From positions 1 through 28,099 of the IMG/VR virus record IMGVR_UViG_3300038327_000062: DNA of 28,099 bases. One strand, given 5' to 3'. This stretch comes from a virus (Duplodnaviria > Caudoviricetes). Below, one piece after another: positions 17,647-25,605 of this stretch (position 1 is its first letter; each line of letters opens with the position of its first letter). The position numbers and the translations under genes were made by a program. Under the pieces are notes generated by a model that saw only the letters and a list, made by a program, of their open reading frames with translations, did no database searches and was not told the origin of the DNA.

Positions 17647-18272
17647 TTAGTTTTCCATGCGCCTGTGTCAACTTCATAACCTAATTCAGGTGTATTAAAC
17701 GTCCTATGGGTATATGAATAAAAACCACGCTTTGCATTGAGGTATGAAGACTCTTCTCTTCTGTCTGGTGTACGGTCTTTGGAGTTAGCACCTCTTGCTT
17801 CTTGTAATGCAATAACAAACTTCTGCATCATTTCGTTCTTCAGATTTGCTTTACTTGTCAATGTCTCAGCAATTTCAACTGCAAGTTTCATTGCAATTGC
17901 TTCTGCAAGAAGGACATCTAAATTATTAATATCTGTTGGTTGTGCTACATAAAGAAGATAGAGAGTAGTTTCATTTGATAGTATGTTTTTCTTTTCTACT
18001 TGATATTTAGAGACAGGATTTACTTCAACAACTTTTATACAATCAGAAGGAAGTTGATACATGTAGTTCCAGCCAAATACAGGTGAACCTATATTAGTTA
18101 GTTGTTGTCTTTCAAGTGCTGAGTTCCATACATGCATACGTAAAATAGTTGATATGACTCCATCTATACGTGCATTACATGCTCTAGCTCTACCGTTATT
18201 ATCTGTAAGACTTTGTATTCTTGCTTCGCCTAGATTACTCAAGGCGAGATTAGCAATGCCTGTTTTATCCAT
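17643..18272 (-). CDS. Tail tubular protein A / adaptor (T7 gp11-like)
   Basis: IANLALSNLG...I.SL, HVWNSA, YQLPSDC, LAVEIAETLT. Confidence 0.9.
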   Translation of the reverse strand: MDKTGIANLALSNLGEARIQSLTDNNGRARACNARIDGVISTILRMHVWNSALERQQLTNIGSPVFGWNYMYQLPSDCIKVVEVNPVSKYQVEKKNILSNETTLYLLYVAQPTDINNLDVLLAEAIAMKLAVEIAETLTSKANLKNEMMQKFVIALQEARGANSKDRTPDRREESSYLNAKRGFYSYTHRTFNTPELGYEVDTGAWKTK

Positions 18273-18279
18273 AATAAGT

Positions 18280-18309
18280 ATTAGAAGGGGGGCTAGTTGC
18301 CCAACCCCC
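18280..18309 (-). terminator. Probable intrinsic terminator/attenuator after the capsid-cement genes
   Basis: mRNA GGGGGUUGG-GCAA-CUAGCCCCC (GNRA loop) followed by a weak U tract; position analogous to T7 T-phi. Confidence 0.65.
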
Positions 18310-18317
18310 GATTATTA

Positions 18318-18803
18318 TTAGTCTATTGAATAAGTAATCATCACTTGAAGGATGACTCCTGCGTTTGGATCAGCACCAATAAGTGTTGCAACCACACTAG
18401 CTTCATTAGCTATTGATACAGGCGCATTGCTTATTGTATTCAAATTTCCTGTACTTGTATCAGCACCACCACGCATAAACGCAGTAGTAGTAGTACCAGT
18501 ACCAACAACACCATCTAGGAAGCCATCTGTATCAGTAGAACCTGTACTGTCTACAGCAGACCAGCCTAAATCAATTGTTGTTCCACTACCTAAAGTAGCA
18601 GAATTATAGATAGACGCATCCCAAACTTTTGCACCTCCGGGTAATCTCCCGAAATATACAATTTGTCCGTCAATGTCTCCTGCAACAACTGTGTAGGTGT
18701 CATAAAGAACACGCATCCGACCACCGTTAGTTGAAACATCTGTCAACTTAGCAGGGGTAGTTACATGTCGTTTTGTGTAATCGACTCCATATGAATTAGC
18801 CAT
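18318..18803 (-). CDS. Capsid cement/decoration protein (BPP-1 Bbp16-like position)
   Basis: Follows MCP; beta-rich G/T/A composition; GGRMRV.YD, LP.GAKV, TIDLG; AAAGGA SD. Confidence 0.7.
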   Translation of the reverse strand: MANSYGVDYTKRHVTTPAKLTDVSTNGGRMRVLYDTYTVVAGDIDGQIVYFGRLPGGAKVWDASIYNSATLGSGTTIDLGWSAVDSTGSTDTDGFLDGVVGTGTTTTAFMRGGADTSTGNLNTISNAPVSIANEASVVATLIGADPNAGVILQVMITYSID

Positions 18804-18825
18804 ATTGTCCTTTCGTGATTATGGG

Positions 18826-19809
18826 TTAAGTTTTGTAACATTCGATTTCAATGACCATCTCTTCCCAAACACGCGTTGCGCCAATATCCATTTCAAAATA
18901 TGCATATGGTACAAACGATTTATCAGAACGACGTTCAATTTCAGTTACAGGATCAAGCCATGAACAAAAGGCTAAACCTTGAGGGTGAAAAGCCAAAACT
19001 TTTTCAACTTGAGTTGCACCAGAACCAGCAACAGGCATACTTTCGTAGCGTATAAACTGGAATCCTGCAAAATAGTTGGTTTGACCTTCTACGAGCGCAC
19101 GGATATTATTATAATCCGAACTTTGGACTCTAGTAGAATGCAATAGTGCTTCAATCTGAGCCGCAGAACAAACGATGAAATAAAGTGGATTACCACCTTC
19201 ATCATATTGATCAGCTTCATTTTCAGAAAGAATCCTACGAGCTTTCAACAATTTATCAATTGATAACGTGTAGCCAGTAGAAGCGGTTGAGCTTATTATA
19301 CCCGAAGTTTCAGCATTTGCAGACGATCCATAATAGAATGTTTTAGCAATAAACTGATTAGGGTAATTAGTAGAGTTCCAAACTAGCTCAGTTGCTCCAT
19401 CCATTGCCCCACCATCTGATTCATAAGCAGAACCAAATGCGGCATCAACGATAGTTGCATCCATCTTACGAGCCATTGCCATGCTGGTTGCTTCCGCATA
19501 AGGTTGAAACACATCGTAATTCATACGACGAGTATCAAAACCTTCAACAAAATATCCGGCATTTTTAGGCTGAGCAGAGACACGTCTGCGTTTGTGAGCA
19601 ATTGCTTGGACAGGTGAATCAGCAAAACGTGCAGTTTTGTCTAATGCCTCGGCAGTACCTATCTTATCGATAAATTCTGCAACTCCAGAGCAATCTGGTT
19701 TATTAGTTACGAAGTTACGTAACCGTGAAGTCTTTTGTTGAAGCGAATGTAGTACATCAGCGGAATAGCGATGCACATAAGACGTTTCAATGTCATGATA
19801 ATTAGCCAT
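18826..19809 (-). CDS. Major capsid protein
   Basis: YSADV..LQQK.SRLR, AMARKMD..I..A, ALVEG....FAGFQF, GATRVWEE..V; position after scaffold. Confidence 0.9.
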   Translation of the reverse strand: MANYHDIETSYVHRYSADVLHSLQQKTSRLRNFVTNKPDCSGVAEFIDKIGTAEALDKTARFADSPVQAIAHKRRRVSAQPKNAGYFVEGFDTRRMNYDVFQPYAEATSMAMARKMDATIVDAAFGSAYESDGGAMDGATELVWNSTNYPNQFIAKTFYYGSSANAETSGIISSTASTGYTLSIDKLLKARRILSENEADQYDEGGNPLYFIVCSAAQIEALLHSTRVQSSDYNNIRALVEGQTNYFAGFQFIRYESMPVAGSGATQVEKVLAFHPQGLAFCSWLDPVTEIERRSDKSFVPYAYFEMDIGATRVWEEMVIEIECYKT

Positions 19810-19811
19810 AA

Positions 19812-19985
19812 GTTACCTTTATGAAATAAAATCTAGGAGTACGAACCATTCGTACTCTAATTAGAAATCACTCTAACCTAGAGATTATCCATAAAGGGTC
19901 TCAAAGCAGTGTTCGACAGGCCCGGAGGTTGTCTATCTACTTGCTTCTTCTGTTCGGTCAAACCCTCACTAAGTGAAGGTGTGAT
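19812..19985 (-). promoter_or_regulatory. Structured 5' leader of the major capsid gene
   Basis: Five consecutive hairpins in 179 nt, including a perfect 9-bp stem gagtacgaa/ttcgtactc; AAAGGU SD. Confidence 0.6.
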
Positions 19986-19988
19986 GTA

Positions 19989-20813
19989 TTAACGAACTCT
20001 TCCTTGGCTTTGATATGCCTGTTTGAAAAGTTTGTCCATTTTATTCATCGCAGTTTTATGATTAGGGTTGCGATTGTCCCTATATGCTTCAGAAAATTCT
20101 TTATCACGATACAGTCCTTGGATTTCATTCTTCGCATCTTCAGGAGAAGTACGACTACCTCCAAGTCCTGAACCTATTACTAGGGAGTCTTCGCCTAGCA
20201 TCTCACCAACTTTGGAAAAGGCACGGATCACTTCAGGGTGATTACCCATACCAGATTCGTCCATAAGTTTGCTGAGTTCTGGTGTACCAAATTGCCCATA
20301 AGCACGTTTGGCATAATCTAATTTACCATCATAATTTCTCCCCCACTCACGTTGGAGATTAATTTGTGTTTGTATTTTCATATCTTCCATTTGTTGTACA
20401 TAATCACTATTTTCTTCTTCCTGTATGTTGTTATACAAACCTAAGATACTATCTGCTTGTTCTTGACTAAGACCAGTTTCATGAGCAAACTCACGGAAAC
20501 CATCTAACTCACCATTATCATCACCATACTCTGTGAAATCATAACCATTTGGTTGTTCTGGTCTACCCATTTGGTTCCAGAGAGAATCTCTACTTTCACC
20601 TTCTTGGGGAAGGGTAATAAGATTTTCTGGTTTACCACCAATCATTTTGACTGCATTAACGTAAGACTTCGCTAATTTGTCTACTGAGTCAAATGTTTGG
20701 AGACTTGGTTCATCCCTCAATCCTTCTGGCATTGTAGAAGCATTAAATTCAAAGGAATTATTTCCATCAGCGACTTGTCCTGAATCATCAGGGGCTACTG
20801 CTTCTTCACTCAT
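19989..20813 (-). CDS. Capsid scaffolding/assembly protein
   Basis: LAKSY, GRPE.P..Y, GLSQEQA, LQREWG, GNHPEVIRAF..VG...ED; acidic; between portal and MCP. Confidence 0.85.
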   Translation of the reverse strand: MSEEAVAPDDSGQVADGNNSFEFNASTMPEGLRDEPSLQTFDSVDKLAKSYVNAVKMIGGKPENLITLPQEGESRDSLWNQMGRPEQPNGYDFTEYGDDNGELDGFREFAHETGLSQEQADSILGLYNNIQEEENSDYVQQMEDMKIQTQINLQREWGRNYDGKLDYAKRAYGQFGTPELSKLMDESGMGNHPEVIRAFSKVGEMLGEDSLVIGSGLGGSRTSPEDAKNEIQGLYRDKEFSEAYRDNRNPNHKTAMNKMDKLFKQAYQSQGRVR

Positions 20814-20831
20814 AATAAAGTTATATTAAGG

Positions 20832-21107
20832 TTAAGCTCGTTGCATTAATTGCATACGTGCGGTTTCCTGCATGTCAATTCTTTTACGGATTGCCTCTAT
20901 GTCTGCACCAACTAGATTGATAATCTCCATTACTACAGTTCTTTGACCTTCCTGCCATGCAGATTTATAAGGGTCATCTGAATGAGAAGTACGATAAACA
21001 AAATGCGATTTAGCTAATAAAGCTAATACGTTTTTACCTTCTTCTGTTCCAAAGACCTCTTTAAAACTTTCTCTTTTAAACTTTTCGGTATCAAAGCGTA
21101 TCTTCAT
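20832..21107 (-). CDS. Bbp19-like small protein
   Basis: VFGTEEGKNVL..L...AWQEGQR.VV..I; directly after portal. Confidence 0.8.
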   Translation of the reverse strand: MKIRFDTEKFKRESFKEVFGTEEGKNVLALLAKSHFVYRTSHSDDPYKSAWQEGQRTVVMEIINLVGADIEAIRKRIDMQETARMQLMQRA

Positions 21108-22759
21108 TGTGCTTGCGCCTGTGCATTTAATGCCTGTGCTTTTGCTTGTTTCTCAGTTACATTTGCTGTTGCTTCTGCAACTTGCATTTGTTGTTGTGCT
21201 TCTTTTTCTTTTTGCTGTTGTTGAATCATTTGTTGCACTTCTTCTTCACTACGTAAATTAGATATTGGTATTTGTAATACTTCAGCAGTGTTTTTCAGTA
21301 TTTGCTGAGTATTAAAGTACATAGGTATAGTTTGATCAATTTGTGCTAACGGCATAATCATTTCAAACAACTGGTTCATAGAGTTTATTTCACCAGAACG
21401 TAATGATATTGACACAGGATTTAAGTATTCTATTTTGAAATTGTTCTCCATTTCAGGAGGCATTTCAGGCATAGCAAAACTTCTCATCAATATATTCACT
21501 GTACGTCTTATAAGAGGATCAAGGAACTCTGCTTCCTGACGAGCTAGTATTGGTCCAAGTACAGGCATCCTTTGTCTCATACGTACAGACACTTCTGTTG
21601 CACTGAAGCGCATTACATCACCATCTGGAGCTACTGGACCGGGTAGTTCTAACAAATCTAGGAAATAACCTTCTCTAATTGCTGATGTACACTTCGCAGA
21701 GAGTCTTTCTGCATAATCTGGCCTAGCATTTGTAGGTGCTTCAAAGATAGTATCTTTTCCACCTAATCCTACTGTGTAGTAGTTAATTGCATCCGGTGTT
21801 GTATCAAGTGGATCTAGTAGTCCTGAGTCCGGTACAAACATAGGTGGAGAAACTGCTTTCTGAACTGCTTTTAAGTATGTCTTATCAACTTCAGTAATTA
21901 AGCGTATGTCAGGCATTATCTCCCAAGTTGGACCACGACCATATATTTCACGATCAGAACGTTCCCATCTAGCACAAATGTATGGCATTTCTTCGTAGCC
22001 ACCTAATGACAAAATGCTTTTTGTATTTTTAATATAATGTACTGAAACAAAAGGTTTCTGGAATCCTTCTGGTAACATTTGCTGTACTGTCCATGCAGGT
22101 AATACTGCGTGTACTACATCATATTCATCTAATAGTTTTTCTGATGATGCTTTTTTAATAACTTCTTCAGGTAATGATTCAGGACCAAATCTAGATATTA
22201 AATCTTTTGCTGTCTGTTTGTAGTTACGAAAAACTGTGTCAATTTCCATCTCACTGCCAGAACCAAGAATACAATCCGAAAGAGGAAAATTCCTGTAACG
22301 AGGACCAAAGCCGGGAACGTCCTCAACAAAAATAATGCCAGTACCAAAGGAACCTGCTTCCAGATAGTACTGGAATACTGAACTTTGGAAGTTACTGATT
22401 GGTCGTGATACATGGTACTTAACTATTTTAGATGCTTCTTCTAACCAAAGTGCTACATTACGATTCTTATCTAATTGACTTACTCCTGTAGTGAGTTTAA
22501 ACCACTCTGCACCCATAGGAGTAAAGACGTTATGTATATTAGATGCAAAACGTTTCAGTAATCGCAATGCTGTACCTTCAAACGCCATTTCTAAACGTTC
22601 ATTACCTTTAGACTGAGCAGTTATAAAATCTGCACGATGAGGTAGTACATACTCTGCTATATTCTGCCACTGACGTTCCCAATTATGCCGATTGTTTTTC
22701 AGCTTATCATGGTGTCTGTCTATTAATGCTCCAAGAGGGCTTGCTTCGCCATACGGCAT
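21104..22759 (-). CDS. Portal (head-tail connector) protein, T7 gp8/BPP-1 type
   Basis: WQNIAEYVLP, FGTG, ARW.....EIYGRGP, SATEV, LGPILAR...EFL.PLI.R, Gln-rich tail. Confidence 0.93.
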   Translation of the reverse strand: MPYGEASPLGALIDRHHDKLKNNRHNWERQWQNIAEYVLPHRADFITAQSKGNERLEMAFEGTALRLLKRFASNIHNVFTPMGAEWFKLTTGVSQLDKNRNVALWLEEASKIVKYHVSRPISNFQSSVFQYYLEAGSFGTGIIFVEDVPGFGPRYRNFPLSDCILGSGSEMEIDTVFRNYKQTAKDLISRFGPESLPEEVIKKASSEKLLDEYDVVHAVLPAWTVQQMLPEGFQKPFVSVHYIKNTKSILSLGGYEEMPYICARWERSDREIYGRGPTWEIMPDIRLITEVDKTYLKAVQKAVSPPMFVPDSGLLDPLDTTPDAINYYTVGLGGKDTIFEAPTNARPDYAERLSAKCTSAIREGYFLDLLELPGPVAPDGDVMRFSATEVSVRMRQRMPVLGPILARQEAEFLDPLIRRTVNILMRSFAMPEMPPEMENNFKIEYLNPVSISLRSGEINSMNQLFEMIMPLAQIDQTIPMYFNTQQILKNTAEVLQIPISNLRSEEEVQQMIQQQQKEKEAQQQMQVAEATANVTEKQAKAQALNAQAQAQ

Positions 22760-22763
22760 ATTA

Positions 22764-23195
22764 TTATCCTGTCAAAAGTGAAGCGGATTGACCTTGTGTT
22801 TGGTTAGCAGCAAGTCTTGCTCTATTACCTGTACCTCTATTCTTTCTCCCTGTACCTTGGAAGTTACCTCTTTCTTCGGGGTTGCTAAGTTCTGACTGTA
22901 TATCCACAACCGCATTTTCATGCGCTTCAGACCCCCTTTCGCCACCAATTTGATTTGAGTCAGAGGTAACACCTAACAATGCATTATAATCAGCTTCAGT
23001 TTTATCGGGGTACTTTTCTAGATAATAATCTAAAGACATATATCTGCCAGAATCCCGAGGATCATTAGAGCGTGGATTATTCTCTTTTGGCTCCCCAAAT
23101 TCTACTGGTTCTTCTTCAACTATAGGAGAAGGGGGTGGTTTCATAATATATGGTTTTGGCCATCCAGTTATAATACTATTAAATCTAGGCATCAT
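22764..23195 (-). CDS. Low-complexity pre-portal protein (probable virion component)
   Basis: AAGGAG SD; Pro/Glu-rich; ends AANQTQGQSASLLTG. Confidence 0.7.
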   Translation of the reverse strand: MMPRFNSIITGWPKPYIMKPPPSPIVEEEPVEFGEPKENNPRSNDPRDSGRYMSLDYYLEKYPDKTEADYNALLGVTSDSNQIGGERGSEAHENAVVDIQSELSNPEERGNFQGTGRKNRGTGNRARLAANQTQGQSASLLTG

Positions 23196-23206
23196 ATTGT
23201 TCTCCT

Positions 23207-23740
23207 TTATTTAGTTAACAAAGATGCAGATTGACCGCCAGTTTGATTAGCCGCACCTCTTCCACGCATAATATTTTGTTGTCGTCTTTGTGCTGTTAAT
23301 TCTGCACTAGCATCATCTTCTCCTCCTTCATATTGAGTTACTGTAGGGTCAACGTAATTATCATCGGAATCATCTCCATTATAATCAGTACCAAAAAGAT
23401 GATGTGATCCTTTATCACTCACTGATCTTGCCCAGTCAGTAAAGCTTTTTACATTCCCTCCTGGTTTATCTAAATTATTATTTTTAGCTGCTTTAGTCGC
23501 TTGATCAGCTATAAACCCTCCTGTAGAATCATACAAATTAGTACCTGCATTAACCATTTCATCCCTTATTATGGGATCTACTACTTTTGCAGCTTTTTTA
23601 ATTATTTTACCAGTTGTTCCACCACCACCTTTGCATTTAGATACTTCACCTTCATAGTCAAAGGAGTCTTCAGATACTTTTACTAATTGGTTATCAACAA
23701 TTTGATAAACAACTTCATTATAAATTTTCATAGTTACCAT
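23207..23740 (-). CDS. Low-complexity pre-portal protein with CKGGGG leader
   Basis: MKIY...EDSFDYEGEVSKCKGGGG; ends AANQTGGQSASLLTK. Confidence 0.7.
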   Translation of the reverse strand: MVTMKIYNEVVYQIVDNQLVKVSEDSFDYEGEVSKCKGGGGTTGKIIKKAAKVVDPIIRDEMVNAGTNLYDSTGGFIADQATKAAKNNNLDKPGGNVKSFTDWARSVSDKGSHHLFGTDYNGDDSDDNYVDPTVTQYEGGEDDASAELTAQRRQQNIMRGRGAANQTGGQSASLLTK

Positions 23741-23746
23741 TGTTAG

Positions 23747-24172
23747 TTAGAGTTTTTTACGTAATAAAACGCAGTCTTCTTTATATTCTGTTAAAATTTT
23801 CTTCCAGCCTCTCCTAGCGTACATGTCCATATAAGTGCATCCTTGTTCAATAGCCCATATTTCTAAATCATGTAATTTACTATCAACCCATTCATGTAGT
23901 CTTTTTCCTGCTAATGTAACTACCCTGCAAGTTTTATTGCGTGGATAATAAGCAAATTCTGTTGTAAAGACTGCAACTATGGTGTTTGAGTTTATTTCTT
24001 TTACTAACCATAAAGTATAAGAACCATCTTTTAAGTATTCTTTTACATCTTTTTCATTTAGGACTTCATCATTAGTCCTAACGATTTCATCTTTAACTTC
24101 ATCCCATATTCCATCTATCTGATTTATTGGAACAATAATATTCTCAAAAGTTTTAATACTTTCTTCACTCAT
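23747..24172 (-). CDS. GNAT-fold (acyltransferase-like) phage protein
   Basis: LWLV...TTEFAYYP..K...V..LAG..L.EW...E.WA...GC......RRGW. Confidence 0.65.
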   Translation of the reverse strand: MSEESIKTFENIIVPINQIDGIWDEVKDEIVRTNDEVLNEKDVKEYLKDGSYTLWLVKEINSNTIVAVFTTEFAYYPRNKTCRVVTLAGKRLHEWVDSKLHDLEIWAIEQGCTYMDMYARRGWKKILTEYKEDCVLLRKKL

Positions 24173-25605
24173 GCTATCATATTTTCGCTGGTAGCGAAAT
24201 ACTCATAATCACTAATTGCTCTTCTAGGTCTATTTTTCTTCCTACCTACTGAAGCAAACTGTAAAGATTGTGATGCATATCTAGTTGCACTCATAAGATC
24301 GTCATGCACTTTAACGATTTTTCCATCTTTCCTGTGATACATTCTTAATTCTTCAAACCAAGCATGAAGATAGTTAAATACTTTAAACCTACCTGTTTGC
24401 ATACGTTGAAGCATATCCATAATCCCCGGTTCTACTGAAATACTTCCATCCGAATTTGAGAAGTGCTTATGCACCATATTCAAACCTTGTTTACGGTATA
24501 ACTCTGCTAGAGGTTTACCTGAACCTTTATCGTGTTGCGAACCATCGTGGGGCCATACAACAGGCACCCAATCTCCTCTTTCTCTAATTGCCGCTGAGTG
24601 AACCACTGGTGTTTCAGTTGATTTTCTATAGCAATCATAAACATAGACTGTATCTGTATCACGATCCCATGCTAACCAAACTGCGGCAGTTGGGTGATCC
24701 CAACCAAAATCCAAACCACAAATTCTAGGCCAATATTCAGGTAATGCAAATGGTTCTACTTTTAGATCATCCTCATTTACAGTAAAAACCATACCTGAAC
24801 CTAGAACTGGTATGCCCTTTGATCTCATATCACGTTCATGTGCTGGTAATGCACGTAATATTTCTTCTTTTACATTTTCGTCTAAGTGAGTAGCATCGTC
24901 CCAAGTTGCATGATATAGTGCTTGAGACTGTCCTAATCTAGTCATAAACTGTGTTACTACTTCAGTCATTCCAGATTCAGGAGTAAACGTCATATAGACG
25001 ATACCGCCACTTTTAAGTGATGCACGTAGTGCTTGGGAGTAAATGTCCTGTGGTGGTTCTTCGTCCAGCCAGATTACATCTACTGCTTTACCCATCCATT
25101 GCATCTTACCCTGCTCATAGGACTTAAACGTGAGCTTAGAGTTTTTCCCGGAGATGTGCCTAACCTTCAGCGATTGATACGCATTCGGTACTCCCGGTAA
25201 TCTTTGTGGTGTGCCGACTATATATTGTTTTGGTATTGATCCTTTACCAAACTCTTCTTCATCCCCGGCTTCACCTAATAATTCAGTTTGAACTATATCT
25301 CTAGTATTGCCTGTCGTATTTCCTGCCGCCCAAGCAATTATTGGTCTATTGAATGTTGCGCCATTCCACCAAGACGGATAATGACCAGTTAAGTGATATG
25401 CCATCTCAGTTGCACCACAGAAGGTCTTACCTGTCTTGTTAGCCGCCATTAAGAGTCTTTGGCGAGCTAACTTACCTCCCATATCTTTTGCGCTGTGAAA
25501 GCGTTTTTGGTACTCATACGGTTCATAGTCTTGCAGACGATTTGTTTCATATAATTCAGTAATTCTCTCTGCAATCTCAAATGCTTTTTCTGCAGAGTTG
25601 CTCAT
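24169..25605 (-). CDS. terL: Terminase large subunit (P22 gp2-like)
   Basis: Walker A AANKTGKT, FKSYEQG, Walker B WLDEEP, TFTP, nuclease GLDFGWDHP, WPHDG, DDLMSATRY. Confidence 0.95.
   Translation of the reverse strand: MSNSAEKAFEIAERITELYETNRLQDYEPYEYQKRFHSAKDMGGKLARQRLLMAANKTGKTFCGATEMAYHLTGHYPSWWNGATFNRPIIAWAAGNTTGNTRDIVQTELLGEAGDEEEFGKGSIPKQYIVGTPQRLPGVPNAYQSLKVRHISGKNSKLTFKSYEQGKMQWMGKAVDVIWLDEEPPQDIYSQALRASLKSGGIVYMTFTPESGMTEVVTQFMTRLGQSQALYHATWDDATHLDENVKEEILRALPAHERDMRSKGIPVLGSGMVFTVNEDDLKVEPFALPEYWPRICGLDFGWDHPTAAVWLAWDRDTDTVYVYDCYRKSTETPVVHSAAIRERGDWVPVVWPHDGSQHDKGSGKPLAELYRKQGLNMVHKHFSNSDGSISVEPGIMDMLQRMQTGRFKVFNYLHAWFEELRMYHRKDGKIVKVHDDLMSATRYASQSLQFASVGRKKNRPRRAISDYEYFATSENMIA

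Noticed and set aside
18804-18840. T7 10A/10B-like frameshift extension of the capsid into the cement gene
   Set aside because: No clear slippery heptamer; the downstream gene has its own AAAGGA SD
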